Translations under genes and position numbers: made by a program
Shown here: one piece after another, positions 1 to 10,916 of the stretch
Layout: each line of letters begins with the position of its first letter
Position numbering within the stretch: position 1 is the stretch's first letter
The notes under the pieces: generated by a model
What the model saw: only the letters and a program-made list of their open reading frames with translations
Told to the model about the DNA's origin: nothing
Databases searched by the model: none
Origin: a bacterium
Lineage (GTDB): Bacteria > Hinthialibacterota > Hinthialibacteria > Hinthialibacterales > Hinthialibacteraceae
Direction: 5' to 3'
DNA: 64,000 bases
NCBI GenBank assembly: GCA_963662285.2
Contig: CAXXMV010000006.1
Location: forward strand, 480,001 to 544,000

Positions 1-325
1 AATTAGAGCGCAATTTATCGCCAAGTTCCGGCAAGATGATTTCTCGAAACAAATTGAAAGGAGTTCGATCACGAAACCATTGTGATTCGTGTATCGTGAT
101 TGCATCAATTATTGCGTTAGCAAATATATTTTTGGGATTTGATCCGGCATTAGCCTTTGAAATTAACGCCGCATAATTTTCTAATGAAAAATGGGATAGC
201 AATGGAGCGAGTTTGTGATCGATTAAATATCGTTTTTCTTCTGGAATAAGAATACCCGATAGAGTTTCTATGTATACCTTTATGAATTCATATTCCTGGT
301 CAGTGTGTTGATATTCTTTTTTCAT
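1..325 (-). CDS. cheR: Chemotaxis methyltransferase CheR, 5' part (runs off the window)
   Basis: Not in the ORF track. Read by hand from ATG at 325: MKKEYQHTDQEYEFIKVYIETLSGILIPEEKRYLIDHKL...IIDAITIHESQWFRDRTPF. This matches the CheR N-terminus (T-x-x-E-x-x-x-FRD), and it lies directly downstream of cheB. Confidence 0.85.
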   Translation of the reverse strand, partial: MKKEYQHTDQEYEFIKVYIETLSGILIPEEKRYLIDHKLAPLLSHFSLENYAALISKANAGSNPKNIFANAIIDAITIHESQWFRDRTPFNLFREIILPELGDKLRSN

Positions 326-326
326 C

Positions 327-1406
327 CTATATCTTTCTTACAAGGGCTTGAATACGTTGGCCCATTTCACCCAAAGAGACTTGTTCATCCGATAATCCAG
401 CCTGGTCTACCGCTCGCGGCATTCCATATACCGTACAGGATATTTGATCCTGGGTTATGCAGTATGCATTTTTTGCTTTGAGCGCTTTAACTCCTGCTAA
501 TCCGTCGGTACCCATACCCGTCAATATTACGGCCAGAACACGACCATCATAATACCGACTGACAGACTCAAACAATCGATCTACAGCAGGCTTACAATTG
601 TTCACAGGGGGATCATCGACTAAGCGCATTCGCAAAGTATTGTTATATCTGTTTCCATCTTGATGTTTAATAACGGTCAAATGCTTTCCACCAGGTGCAA
701 GATAAAATATATCCGGTGAAACAACTTGATTATCTTGTGCTTCGACAACAGTAAATTGACTTGAACGATTTAATCCTTCCGCCAGAGATTGCGTAAAACC
801 AGGAGGCATGTGTTGGACGCACAAAATCGGAACTCCAAGTTTATGGGGAAAACTGGACATAATCGTGGTTAATGCTTTGGGACCTCCAGTGGAAACTCCA
901 ATAACAATCAAATCTATGGGTTGAGTTGTAATCTCTGGTATTGATTCTTTCTTTTTAGGTTTCAGGGTCAGTTGTTCAATCATCTGAAGATTGCGTTGCG
1001 TTTGAATGAGTGATATTTCACGTTTTAAATCTAATACGAAACGACTCCAGAGTCCCCGATCTTCTTCTGCAGAAGGTATTAACAATAATACGCGAGATCC
1101 CGCCATTAATACTTGTGATGTTTGTTTAGCAGAACGGGTAGCGCTTTGACTTAAGACAATAACATCAATGTCTGATTTATCTTTAAGATATTTAATCACG
1201 ATATCTATATCGTTTGATGATGCCGAATCAATATCCCAAAGTAGAACATCAATGTTTTCTATCCACTTAATCAAAGAGAATTTTGAGGAATCCCATATTT
1301 GAATTTTCCGACCGATTTCTGTTTGAACTATCTCATTAAAACGATTTATAACCAAAGGATTTCTGGAGGCAAATCCAATTACAATGTCTGACGATTTCTT
1401 TTCCAT
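327..1406 (-). CDS. cheB: Chemotaxis methylesterase CheB with a degenerate N-terminal receiver domain
   Basis: Catalytic motifs GVSTGGP, VQHMP, GMGTDG and VYGMP; located in the che operon. Confidence 0.93.
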   Translation of the reverse strand: MEKKSSDIVIGFASRNPLVINRFNEIVQTEIGRKIQIWDSSKFSLIKWIENIDVLLWDIDSASSNDIDIVIKYLKDKSDIDVIVLSQSATRSAKQTSQVLMAGSRVLLLIPSAEEDRGLWSRFVLDLKREISLIQTQRNLQMIEQLTLKPKKKESIPEITTQPIDLIVIGVSTGGPKALTTIMSSFPHKLGVPILCVQHMPPGFTQSLAEGLNRSSQFTVVEAQDNQVVSPDIFYLAPGGKHLTVIKHQDGNRYNNTLRMRLVDDPPVNNCKPAVDRLFESVSRYYDGRVLAVILTGMGTDGLAGVKALKAKNAYCITQDQISCTVYGMPRAVDQAGLSDEQVSLGEMGQRIQALVRKI

Positions 1407-1432
1407 TCATTTCAATCTTTCGAGTATTCTTC

Positions 1433-1927
1433 TTAAGAATAGACAGCAGGTTCCAATTTATCAGTGCCAAAGAGCGCACCCAAGTCCAAAACAATGATCA
1501 TTCCTTTTTGGTCGCGAACAACTCCATGTAAATAATCTCTACATAATGATCCGGTATTTGCTGGTACGGGAATCATAGTATTGTCATCAACTTCAACAAG
1601 GTCTTCGATTCCATCTGTAAGGATAGCAATCGTTTCTTCGGCGCCCAACCACGAAAGAGCACTTTTATCACAAGGTTTTAAATAAAGTTCCGATTCAGTT
1701 TTTAATAGAATTATGGGGAGATTTGACTTGAAACAAGCCGGCTTGAGCCCCAACATGCGTTTTAAGTCTACTACGGCAATAATTTGTCCTCGAATATTAA
1801 TTAATCCAAGAATATCAGAACGACTATTTGGAACGGGAGTACATACCGAAGTGGAAACGATTTCCCGCACGTTTAAAGCCGGAATGCCAAAACGTACTTT
1901 TTTCAGAAAAAACGTACAATACAGCAT
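1433..1927 (-). CDS. cheW: Chemotaxis coupling protein CheW
   Basis: VREIV...TPVP...ILGLINIRGQIIAVVDL signature; adjacent to cheA. Confidence 0.9.
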   Translation of the reverse strand: MLYCTFFLKKVRFGIPALNVREIVSTSVCTPVPNSRSDILGLINIRGQIIAVVDLKRMLGLKPACFKSNLPIILLKTESELYLKPCDKSALSWLGAEETIAILTDGIEDLVEVDDNTMIPVPANTGSLCRDYLHGVVRDQKGMIIVLDLGALFGTDKLEPAVYS

Positions 1928-4575
1928 TATGAAGGAATTCCTCCAATCTTTTCTATTACTATATAGGGATCAATAATCTGAGTTATTAATCCATCAATGC
2001 TGATGCTTCCTAAAACACCCGGAGCTGGAGTACATGCTTTTTCCCAATCGGGATGCAGGTCTTTTACGTTTAAAATACTGGATACGAGCAGTCCGGCATA
2101 CGGACGTTGTTCATTCTGTGAACACCCATCCTGTTTCAATACAATAACAAACAATTCATTTTGTTCTTCTGGCAGAGAACGAACGGGAACAACACGATTC
2201 AGTTCAAAGATGGGCAACCCTCCTCCATTATAATGCATAAACCACCATTCTCCGATTTGTTGAAGATCGCCTTTGTTAACTGTTTCCAGACGAAAAACGC
2301 ATTTCTGCGCCAATCCGAAACGTTCATTGGGATTAATAGAGAAAATAATGAAAGGCTCTTTATTGATACTTTGTTTCTTTTTTTGTTCTGCTTGAAGGCG
2401 TCTCTCGCTCTCTATAACATGCAGTGTATCGAAATTTAATCGCAGTTGACTGGCTAAACCTGATGCATCCAATATTAAAATAACCTGACCGTCTCCTAAA
2501 ATGGTGGCGCCATTAAACAAAGGGCTGGCGGCATTTTGCGACAAGGTTTTAACTACAATGTCTTCCGTATCAAACCAATAATCCACGAACAACGCAAAAA
2601 GATTCACGCCATCCCGTACAACAACAATACGTTTTGTATTGTTTTCCGACCTAATTCGCCGTGAAGATTTTCTCTGTTCGTCCAGTTTCTTTTGAGTATG
2701 ATTTTTTTTAACTGGAGAACGCCGATCTGTCAGTATTTTTCTATTATCGGGCAGCAGTTTTTTATGTAATTCATCCCAATAGTAGTTTTCCAAATTTAAT
2801 GCTTCGCTTAAACGGACTAATGGTAACAGGCGGTTGCGGAGGCGCAGCACGGGATCTTGATGGATCATTTCAATATAATCATTGATTTGGTGTTCTTCAA
2901 TGACTAACAATTCATCGATATTAAGTTGAGGAATGGCGTATCGTTGTTGACCGGATGAAATTACCATGGCCTGCATGATAGCCAAAGATAAAGGCAATCG
3001 CAACGTAAACTGCGAACCCTCTCCTATATGCGACTCGACCTCAATCGTCCCTCCCAATTTTTCAATATTACAACGGACGACATCCAATCCCACTCCTCGC
3101 CCCGATACATCGCTAACGGTTTCTGCGGTTGAAAAACCAGGAGTAAAAATTAAATCTATCACCTCATTCTCTGATAATGAGTTAGCGCTTTGAGCATTAA
3201 TAATATTATTTTTAATTGCCTTTTGCTTAACTAGATCGAGATCAATGCCGCAACCATCATCACGGCTCACGATCGATATTTGCCCGCCTAATTGTTTCGC
3301 CGAAAGAAGTATGCGTCCATACTCGGATTTCCCTTGACGGCGCCGTTCCTCTGGAACTTCAATTCCATGATCCACACAATTGCGAAGCATGTGAGTCAGA
3401 GGGTCGTTTAATAATTCGAGCACGTTTCGATCGACTTCAACTTCGCTTCCTTCAATCTTCAGTTCCACTTTCTTTCCAGACTTTTTGGCTAGATCTCGAA
3501 CCAAACGTTGGTTCCGGTTAAACAAGGCGCCCAATGGCTGCATTCGCGTCTGCATAGCGGTCTCTTGCAAAGACCTCATTACAAATTGATATGATTGAAG
3601 AATCGGTCGTAAGTTGGGGATTGTTTTTTCATAACCTTTTAAGGTTTGATTAATTTGATTACGAACTATAACCAATTCGCTGACTATATTCATTAAGTGA
3701 TCCAGTGTGTCTAAACGAAGGCGAACAGTCTGGGGCTGAGCATGAGATTGATCAGAAATATTTTCTGATTCGGTTTTTGCAGGGATAGACTCTGTCTTGA
3801 CCGGAATATTTTTAGTTTTTGAATCATTCTCCGGCCATGATTTCAAATTAAATTTACAGTAACACCTTTTGGGGAAAGGCAGCATCGTCTCGAGCAAATC
3901 CGGTTCGAGCACGGATGCAAAAACAAATTCAAAAATATCATGATTTTGTAATGAATCCAATCCAGGTAATGGATCAATTGATGATGCGATGAATTTACCA
4001 ACAGTTTTCATTTCATCAATGACAGATTCCCAATTTTCGGGAATCTCGCCAACATTTAGGCGTATATAATAAAGAAAGTTTCCTTGTTCCTGAGTTGCCT
4101 TTAACACGGATGTCGCAACAATAGAGTGAAAGTCATGAGAGATTTCCTCCAAAAGTAGATCTGAAGAATCGGAGTTATTTGAATTTAATTCTTGAATAAG
4201 ATATGTTTCCAAGACTTTCAAATCCTGGTCGATGGGAACGGTTTCGCAGGTAGATATATGAGTCAGCATATAACGCAACCGATCAATAGAGTTCAATAAA
4301 GCATCTACACAAGGAGAGGTGATCGATATTTCTCCGTCTCGAATCCTAACAAGAACAGACTCCATGGTATGGGTTAATTTTTTCAGGGCTTCAAATGGAA
4401 GAAATCCCGCCCCACCCTTAATACTATGAATGGCCCGGAAAATTCGATGGACGATCTCGGAGGATGCAGTTCCTTCTTTTTCTTCCAGTTCAAGCAAATC
4501 GGGTTCGATATTCTCAATATGCTCGAGACTTTCTATGGTGAATTCCTGTATGGCTTGCTCGTCGATCAGTTCCAT
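1927..4575 (-). CDS. cheA: Chemotaxis histidine kinase CheA (Hpt, dimerisation, HATPase, two CheW-like domains)
   Basis: Hpt motif IFRAIHSIKG; HMLRNCVDHGIE; DDGCG; FTPGFSTAETVSDVSGRGVGLDVV; GATILGDG; plus an extra C-terminal CheW-like segment. Confidence 0.95.
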   Translation of the reverse strand: MELIDEQAIQEFTIESLEHIENIEPDLLELEEKEGTASSEIVHRIFRAIHSIKGGAGFLPFEALKKLTHTMESVLVRIRDGEISITSPCVDALLNSIDRLRYMLTHISTCETVPIDQDLKVLETYLIQELNSNNSDSSDLLLEEISHDFHSIVATSVLKATQEQGNFLYYIRLNVGEIPENWESVIDEMKTVGKFIASSIDPLPGLDSLQNHDIFEFVFASVLEPDLLETMLPFPKRCYCKFNLKSWPENDSKTKNIPVKTESIPAKTESENISDQSHAQPQTVRLRLDTLDHLMNIVSELVIVRNQINQTLKGYEKTIPNLRPILQSYQFVMRSLQETAMQTRMQPLGALFNRNQRLVRDLAKKSGKKVELKIEGSEVEVDRNVLELLNDPLTHMLRNCVDHGIEVPEERRRQGKSEYGRILLSAKQLGGQISIVSRDDGCGIDLDLVKQKAIKNNIINAQSANSLSENEVIDLIFTPGFSTAETVSDVSGRGVGLDVVRCNIEKLGGTIEVESHIGEGSQFTLRLPLSLAIMQAMVISSGQQRYAIPQLNIDELLVIEEHQINDYIEMIHQDPVLRLRNRLLPLVRLSEALNLENYYWDELHKKLLPDNRKILTDRRSPVKKNHTQKKLDEQRKSSRRIRSENNTKRIVVVRDGVNLFALFVDYWFDTEDIVVKTLSQNAASPLFNGATILGDGQVILILDASGLASQLRLNFDTLHVIESERRLQAEQKKKQSINKEPFIIFSINPNERFGLAQKCVFRLETVNKGDLQQIGEWWFMHYNGGGLPIFELNRVVPVRSLPEEQNELFVIVLKQDGCSQNEQRPYAGLLVSSILNVKDLHPDWEKACTPAPGVLGSISIDGLITQIIDPYIVIEKIGGIPS

Positions 4576-4614
4576 TTTGAATTCCAGACAAGGATTTGAT
4601 ATTACATCTTTTTA

Positions 4615-6939
4615 TTATTCACTACTCTTTTTATCCATCTTCGCGAGACGGAATTGAGAAACTAATTGCAACAATGTTTCAGCGACTTTGGCAATATTTT
4701 GCGTGCTGACGAGGTTATTGTTTGAACCGAGCAATACCTCATCAGAAGTAGATTTAACCAAATTAAAATTCTTAACAATGTTTTCCATCGCCTTTGAAAC
4801 AACGCTCGATTTTTCTGCCGCAAAGGATATTGCCTGCACTAATTCTTTTATATTCAGGTTAATCGCTGACACTTCCTGCACGGCAGTCGATACGTTCTGG
4901 GAAATATCATTTACGCCAAGAGCAGCTTCATTGATATTCGAAGAGACTTCTTCGATTTCTTCTGCAACCGTATGTACACTTTGCGATATATCATTCGAAG
5001 CCTGGGATTGTTGTTCCACTGTATCTGCAATCTCTTCTGAAATATGGTTAACTTGTTGAATAACATCCGTAATCTCATTGATATCAAGAGTAGTCGATTC
5101 TGTTTGTTTCTGAATTGTTTCGACTTGCAAGCGGATTTCTTCAGTTGACGCCGCCGTTTGACGCGCCAGTTCTTTGACTTCGTTGGCTACAACAGCAAAT
5201 CCCTTTCCTGCTTCACCCGCCGTGGCCGCTTCAATTCCGGCATTCAAGGCCAATAGATTTGTTTGCGAAGCTATCGATTTGATAATATCGACGACTTTCC
5301 CGATTGCTTTGGCTGATTGATTGAGTTGAGCAAAGGATTCCTTGGTTCGATTGGCGACCGATGATGCCTGTTGTGCTATCTCTGCTGCATGTTCAGTATT
5401 GTTAGAAGTATTTTTAAGAGATGTAGATATTTCCTCAATACCAGAGGCAATTTGATTTACGGCGGAAGACATTGATTTCGACGAACCAGCGACGGATTTT
5501 AAGTTAGAAGATGATTGTTCTACAGCCGCGGCTATGCTATCCAAATTATGAGAGATTTCATTAGAAGACGTTGCGACGGAATTGCTATTAGCCCCGATTT
5601 GCTCTATCGAACTGGCGATTCCAGAAATAGAAACGTCAACATTGGATATCTGATCCGTCGTGTCAATCGACATCTGGTTCAATTCCTGCATACGTTCAGC
5701 CGAAAGTTTGAATTGCGTTTCCATGTCTTCAGCGCCGGAAGCAACTGATTTTGAAGATTTTTGGATATTATGAATGATGTTTCCTAATTGGGTAGTCATT
5801 TCATTTAGCGCATTCGCCAATAGACCAATTTCGTCGTTCTGCTGAAGATCTAAAGTTTGTGATAAATCTCCCTTCGATACAATTTGAGAAAATCCTACTC
5901 CCATTTTCAAGGGTTTGATAATTCCTCGAGCCATAATCCAAGCCAGAGAAATTCCAAAAATAATGGATAAAATACTTATAATCACAACACCATCTCTGGT
6001 CTGTTTGGCTGATTGAAGCATCTCGCGGTCGGTCATAATATGTTCGGCGACAGTTTGCCGAACTTGGTTGAGAATTGATTGAACAGAATCAAGAGCAGGG
6101 ATTGTCTCTTCTGCATAAATCTGATGAGCTTGAAGATGTTGCTTGACCCGCGCATCGTTCCATGCAATTATTTCGTCTAAATTCGACAGTACGCTATTGG
6201 CCGCCGATTCAGTACTGTCGTAATAGAAACGTAGAGCCTCCTGTCGATTCCCGGCAGCTAACAGTTGGTTCAGCTTTTTTACGCTACTATGCAATGTATT
6301 GTGGGGTATTTGTAGATTATCCCAAAATGACGAAAATTCAGTATTTTCACTCTTGAGTTTTTGGGTTTCCTCCGAATACATCCATTTTCCTAGTCCGCAT
6401 TGCAATGGATCGAGTTGAACTTTGATTTCTGTCCTAGACTGATTCAATAAGACGTCTTTTACGGCATGAGTCCAAATAAGATGATCCGTTTTTTTTTCGC
6501 TTAAAAATTTCCCCAGTCCTTCATTAACTTGCACGTAATGATTGGTGATTTTGACAGCGGATTCATGTAGGAGTTGATGGGGTAATTCCACTTGAGCCAA
6601 TAGAGGTTTAATTTCAGGAACCAGTTTTTCAGCACGAATCCTTTCGTCACTATAATACCATTGGCCAAAACCACATTTATGACAATCGGTTTCAATATGC
6701 AGTTCGTGAATAGATTCATCGGTAATTAATGAATTTACTTGTTTTACCCATACAAGATGATCGACAATCCTCTGAGCAATGTCACCTCGTATTTTATTAC
6801 CGAGAATGACGCTATCTGCGTTTGAAACAATTGAACTTATTCCTCGAGTAGCCCATAAACACACAATGACTAACAACAACAACACTGAGCCAAAACCCAG
6901 GACGAATTTCATTGAAATCTTAAGATTTTTCCATTTCAT
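4615..6939 (-). CDS. Methyl-accepting chemotaxis protein with two CZB (zinc-binding) domains between its TM helices
   Basis: Signalling tip [34 protein letters not shown]; HAMP domain; two H-x-x-W...C-G-[FL]-G-x-W-x-Y...H-x-x-x-H repeats. Confidence 0.9.
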   Translation of the reverse strand: MKWKNLKISMKFVLGFGSVLLLLVIVCLWATRGISSIVSNADSVILGNKIRGDIAQRIVDHLVWVKQVNSLITDESIHELHIETDCHKCGFGQWYYSDERIRAEKLVPEIKPLLAQVELPHQLLHESAVKITNHYVQVNEGLGKFLSEKKTDHLIWTHAVKDVLLNQSRTEIKVQLDPLQCGLGKWMYSEETQKLKSENTEFSSFWDNLQIPHNTLHSSVKKLNQLLAAGNRQEALRFYYDSTESAANSVLSNLDEIIAWNDARVKQHLQAHQIYAEETIPALDSVQSILNQVRQTVAEHIMTDREMLQSAKQTRDGVVIISILSIIFGISLAWIMARGIIKPLKMGVGFSQIVSKGDLSQTLDLQQNDEIGLLANALNEMTTQLGNIIHNIQKSSKSVASGAEDMETQFKLSAERMQELNQMSIDTTDQISNVDVSISGIASSIEQIGANSNSVATSSNEISHNLDSIAAAVEQSSSNLKSVAGSSKSMSSAVNQIASGIEEISTSLKNTSNNTEHAAEIAQQASSVANRTKESFAQLNQSAKAIGKVVDIIKSIASQTNLLALNAGIEAATAGEAGKGFAVVANEVKELARQTAASTEEIRLQVETIQKQTESTTLDINEITDVIQQVNHISEEIADTVEQQSQASNDISQSVHTVAEEIEEVSSNINEAALGVNDISQNVSTAVQEVSAINLNIKELVQAISFAAEKSSVVSKAMENIVKNFNLVKSTSDEVLLGSNNNLVSTQNIAKVAETLLQLVSQFRLAKMDKKSSE

Positions 6940-7051
6940 TTCAGTACGCCTTTTTATAATTAATATATATCTCTATTAAGAATCAACTCAAATCTAATCT
7001 AATTATTTAGTAATTATCATAATCATTAAGTGAGCAAAACAAACGCATTGA

Positions 7052-9457
7052 TTAATGGGAACTCGTATTGTTCTCTTTCGCATTCATTCGAAATTGCGAA
7101 ACGAGTTCTAGCAACAAGTCTGATACCTTGGCAATGCTTTGGGCGCTTTTAACGTTATTGTTGGACTTTTCAAAGACTTCATCTGACGTGGATTTTACGG
7201 AATGAAATTTCTCAACAATTGCACCCAAAATACGAGACGAACTGCTGGAATTTTCCGCCGCATCAGATATGCTCATAGCCAACTCTTTGATATTCTGGCT
7301 AATGGCCCCAAGCCCCTGTACCGCAGTTAACACGTTATCCGATATATCGTTCACGCCAATTGCGGCTTCATTAATATTCGTCGATACATCCGAAATCCCA
7401 TCAGCCACAGTATGAACGCTTTGCGACATATCATTGGCTGCATTCGATTGTTGTTCTACTGCATCGGCAATTTCAGTGGAGATTGCATCAACTTGTTGAA
7501 TAACTTTTACAATTCGTTCAATATCAGTAAAGGTCACCGCAGTATGTTTTTGAATGGTCTCAACCTGAAACTGAATTTCTTCGGTTGATTCTGCAGTTTG
7601 ACGCGCCAGTTCTTTGACTTCATTGGCAACAACAGCAAATCCCTTGCCGGCTTCCCCGGCAGTCGCCGCCTCGATTCCGGCATTCAAAGCTAATAGATTC
7701 GTTTGCGAAGCAATGGATTGTATTATATCCACGACTTTTCCAATGGCTTTCGCCGATTGATTCAATTGTGCTACCGACTCTTGAGTTCGAGTGGAGCATT
7801 CCGATGCTTCACGAACAATTTTTGCCGCCTTATCGGTATTGCTTGAAACTCCTCTAAGAGAAGTGGATATTTCTTCAACTCCTGAAGCGATCTGGTTGAC
7901 TGCCGAAGACATGCTGTTCGCCGATCCCGCTACAGATTTTAAATTGGTGGATGATTGCTCAACGGCAGCAGCGATGCTATCCAGATTATGAGAAATTTCA
8001 TTAGAAGAAGAGGATACCGAATTGCTGTTCGTACTGATCTGGTGGATTGAACTTGCTACACTTGTCACCCGCAACTCTATATCGGAGATTTCATTCGACG
8101 CATCAGCTGATAATTGGTTGAGTTCACTCATACGTTCAGAGGTATGGTTTGACTGCACCTCCATATCTTCGGATGCTTGTGAAACAGTGGATGAATAATT
8201 TTTGATATCTTTGATCATTGGATGTAATTTGACGCCAATAGATTTTATCGCTTCATTTAAATGGTCAATTTCGTCATATCGTTTTATAGGTTCAATATAA
8301 TTATCCTTCGATTGCACCTCATCAAATTTTGTCAGGTCGCCGCGAGCTAGTGTGTATGCGGATTCTACGGATTCTTTTACTCGCTTAGTTATTGAATAGG
8401 TAAAGAGAAATGCAAAGAAAATGCTGAAAACAATACTCACAATCCCCAAAACAATCATCGTTTGAGTGGTTTTCCATACGGGAGCCATCAACATACTTTG
8501 GGATTTTCGCAAAATTAATAGCCAATCGCCCGTAGGAACTTGTGAACTAACATAATAGTATTTTAATCCATCTACAGGATCATTGGCTATTTGCAAATTG
8601 GAATCGCTTTTATTGTCATAAAATGGTTGAAATATTTCCTTATAAGGAGTTTCAGCAATAGCCTTCGTTCGAAGAATTTCTGATGAATCGGCATCAGAAG
8701 AAACAGAGGTGGCTGCAACAAATTTTCCCTGTCGGCTTATTAAAAAGAGATCGACAGAGTACTCGGATTTCATTTTACTCAAATATGCAATAATGTCGCT
8801 AAGGGCGCGATCAACACCGGCAATACCCTTAAACTCCCCGTCAATTGCTATGGGAAAGGTTTGCTCAACTATCATTTTCCCTTCATAGACGTAAGGCTCA
8901 GTTACCAGGGATTGCGGTTTGTTTGATTCGAGAAACAGTTTTTTGCACCCGGCGTAATAAAGACTGGTTTCCATATCTACCAATGGTTCTAATTTAATTT
9001 TGGTTGAATCTTGGCGATCTCGAAACCAATAGGGGATAAATCTTCCACCGATGCTTAAACCCGGTAAGAGTTGGGAATTTTCTTGGTTGCTGCGGAATTG
9101 TAAATCATTTTGATCAGCATCTGGTTCGTATCCAAAATAGGATGCCGTGAATTCTGGATAATTACTCAAAACCAGTTGGGCCAATTTACTGGATGCGCCA
9201 CGTTGGCCGAATAATCCGCTGTTCTGTGAAAGAGCCATGATATGAGAAGTTAAAACTGCACGCGAATTCCCACGCTCGATTTGCGCTGCAACCGCATCGG
9301 CCATGATGCGTAACTGGATTTCGTTTTCATTTCTTGAATGATTGAACATCACATAGTTACTAACAATAGTAACAGCGGACAGAAGAACAATAATGGGGAG
9401 CATTACCTTAAATAGTATTTGTCCGCGCAAACTGTTAAAAAAAGCAACATTCGACAT
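7052..9457 (-). CDS. Methyl-accepting chemotaxis protein with a Cache-type periplasmic sensor
   Basis: Two TM helices; Cache-like motifs ([25 protein letters not shown]); HAMP; conserved MCP hairpin tip. Confidence 0.9.
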   Translation of the reverse strand: MSNVAFFNSLRGQILFKVMLPIIVLLSAVTIVSNYVMFNHSRNENEIQLRIMADAVAAQIERGNSRAVLTSHIMALSQNSGLFGQRGASSKLAQLVLSNYPEFTASYFGYEPDADQNDLQFRSNQENSQLLPGLSIGGRFIPYWFRDRQDSTKIKLEPLVDMETSLYYAGCKKLFLESNKPQSLVTEPYVYEGKMIVEQTFPIAIDGEFKGIAGVDRALSDIIAYLSKMKSEYSVDLFLISRQGKFVAATSVSSDADSSEILRTKAIAETPYKEIFQPFYDNKSDSNLQIANDPVDGLKYYYVSSQVPTGDWLLILRKSQSMLMAPVWKTTQTMIVLGIVSIVFSIFFAFLFTYSITKRVKESVESAYTLARGDLTKFDEVQSKDNYIEPIKRYDEIDHLNEAIKSIGVKLHPMIKDIKNYSSTVSQASEDMEVQSNHTSERMSELNQLSADASNEISDIELRVTSVASSIHQISTNSNSVSSSSNEISHNLDSIAAAVEQSSTNLKSVAGSANSMSSAVNQIASGVEEISTSLRGVSSNTDKAAKIVREASECSTRTQESVAQLNQSAKAIGKVVDIIQSIASQTNLLALNAGIEAATAGEAGKGFAVVANEVKELARQTAESTEEIQFQVETIQKHTAVTFTDIERIVKVIQQVDAISTEIADAVEQQSNAANDMSQSVHTVADGISDVSTNINEAAIGVNDISDNVLTAVQGLGAISQNIKELAMSISDAAENSSSSSRILGAIVEKFHSVKSTSDEVFEKSNNNVKSAQSIAKVSDLLLELVSQFRMNAKENNTSSH

Positions 9458-9697
9458 TGATATCTCCCTGAGTATTTAATACAACAAATAATAAATTGAA
9501 TGTTGGGAAATAATAATATATCATTTCAATTCAACAAACAAATGAATATTTACATTGTACGATGATTTTAAAATATGTATAATGCAAATCATATAACTTA
9601 AAAAAGCAAGATATTTGCCGCCCTCCGAAAATCGAGTATCCTAAGCGTACTTAGAATAAGTCGATCCCTTCAGTGGAATCTATGAAGGAGAAATCTT

Positions 9698-10156
9698 TTG
9701 ACCGAAGACATTTGCCAACCATTCGAAACAGGAATAGAGGATTTTTTTTCAAAAATTCTCAATGAGAAAATTGATCGAATTGAAAAAAAACAGATTGGTA
9801 CTCAATATATTCAAACAGGGAAAAAGTGTTTCATCCAAATCAATGGCGTCTTGAATCTGGATATAGTTATGATACTGCCTTCCGCATTTACGGAAATGAT
9901 GAATGATCATATTTTTGAGGGTAAAATTCAAAAAGACGCCTCAATGAACGATCTTGCGTATGAGTTTATAAATATCGTAGCGGGAACAGCGAAACGTATA
10001 CTCTCACACCACACCAATTCCACTTTAACGTTAGGATTACCTTCGGTTAATGACTGTCATGAGCAAACAATTGCAGTTGATCCTATCCATGAATGTTATG
10101 AAATTTCTGTACATACCCGGATAGGAAATTTTTCGCTATTTCTTTTAAAAAAATAA
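9698..10156 (+). CDS. cheX: CheX-like CheY-P phosphatase
   Basis: E-x-x-N motif in YEFINIVAG, followed by LGLPSV; directly upstream of cheY. Confidence 0.65.
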   Translation: MTEDICQPFETGIEDFFSKILNEKIDRIEKKQIGTQYIQTGKKCFIQINGVLNLDIVMILPSAFTEMMNDHIFEGKIQKDASMNDLAYEFINIVAGTAKRILSHHTNSTLTLGLPSVNDCHEQTIAVDPIHECYEISVHTRIGNFSLFLLKK

Positions 10157-10180
10157 GATATCTTGAAAGGATTGTTAAAA

Positions 10181-10537
10181 ATGAGATTTTTAATTGTAGA
10201 TGATGCGCTTTTCATGAGAAATATGATTAAAAAAATCCTCACCGGAGCTGGTTATTCTGATTTTACGGAAGCAGAGGATGGCGCTAAGGCTGTTAATATT
10301 GTTGAAAATGAAACTTTTGATTTGATATTTATGGATTGGAATATGCCCATACCTGGAATTAATGCAGTCAGGGGGATACGCCAGTTGGGCATTGAAACTC
10401 CCATATTAATGGTAACCACGGAAGGTGAAAAAAAACGCGTCATTGAGGCTATCCAGGCGGGAGCTAATAATTACTTGGTGAAACCGTTTGAAGCAAGCGC
10501 ACTCCTTGAAAAAATCGATCAATTAATCAAAAAATGA
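10181..10537 (+). CDS. cheY: Single-domain response regulator, CheY-like
   Basis: LIVDD, MDWNMP, MVTTE and YLVKPF motifs. ATG at 10181 preferred over the TTG at 10163. Confidence 0.88.
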   Translation: MRFLIVDDALFMRNMIKKILTGAGYSDFTEAEDGAKAVNIVENETFDLIFMDWNMPIPGINAVRGIRQLGIETPILMVTTEGEKKRVIEAIQAGANNYLVKPFEASALLEKIDQLIKK

Positions 10538-10916
10538 TTTTTTTACCCAAAAATTACGATTAGATTAGGTTGAGATGAATTGCATTTCGACAGTCATATT
10601 ATAAAATTATCATCCACGGTTTGAAGCATGTCCATCTGTTCGCAAGGTATTATGTATAATCCACCCCGCTTCATTGCTCATGGTTTCTTCAAAAATATAT
10701 TTTTGACATCATACATCCTGTTTTTCATGTAAAGGTAACGTCAATGTAAATATTGTTCCGCTGCCTTGTTGGCTGATCACTTTCATCGTCCCATCATGCA
10801 ACTCCATAAGTTTTTTGACAATACCCCGTATAATCAAAAAAAACATTGACAGACAGCATTCCTTCATGGGAGAATCTATTTGTACATGATTTTATATTTG
10901 ATTCAATAGCACAAAT

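Noticed and set aside
5150-7760. Near-identical DNA segments in the two MCP genes
   Set aside because: Explained by conservation of the MCP signalling hairpin in paralogs; not a separate repeat element.
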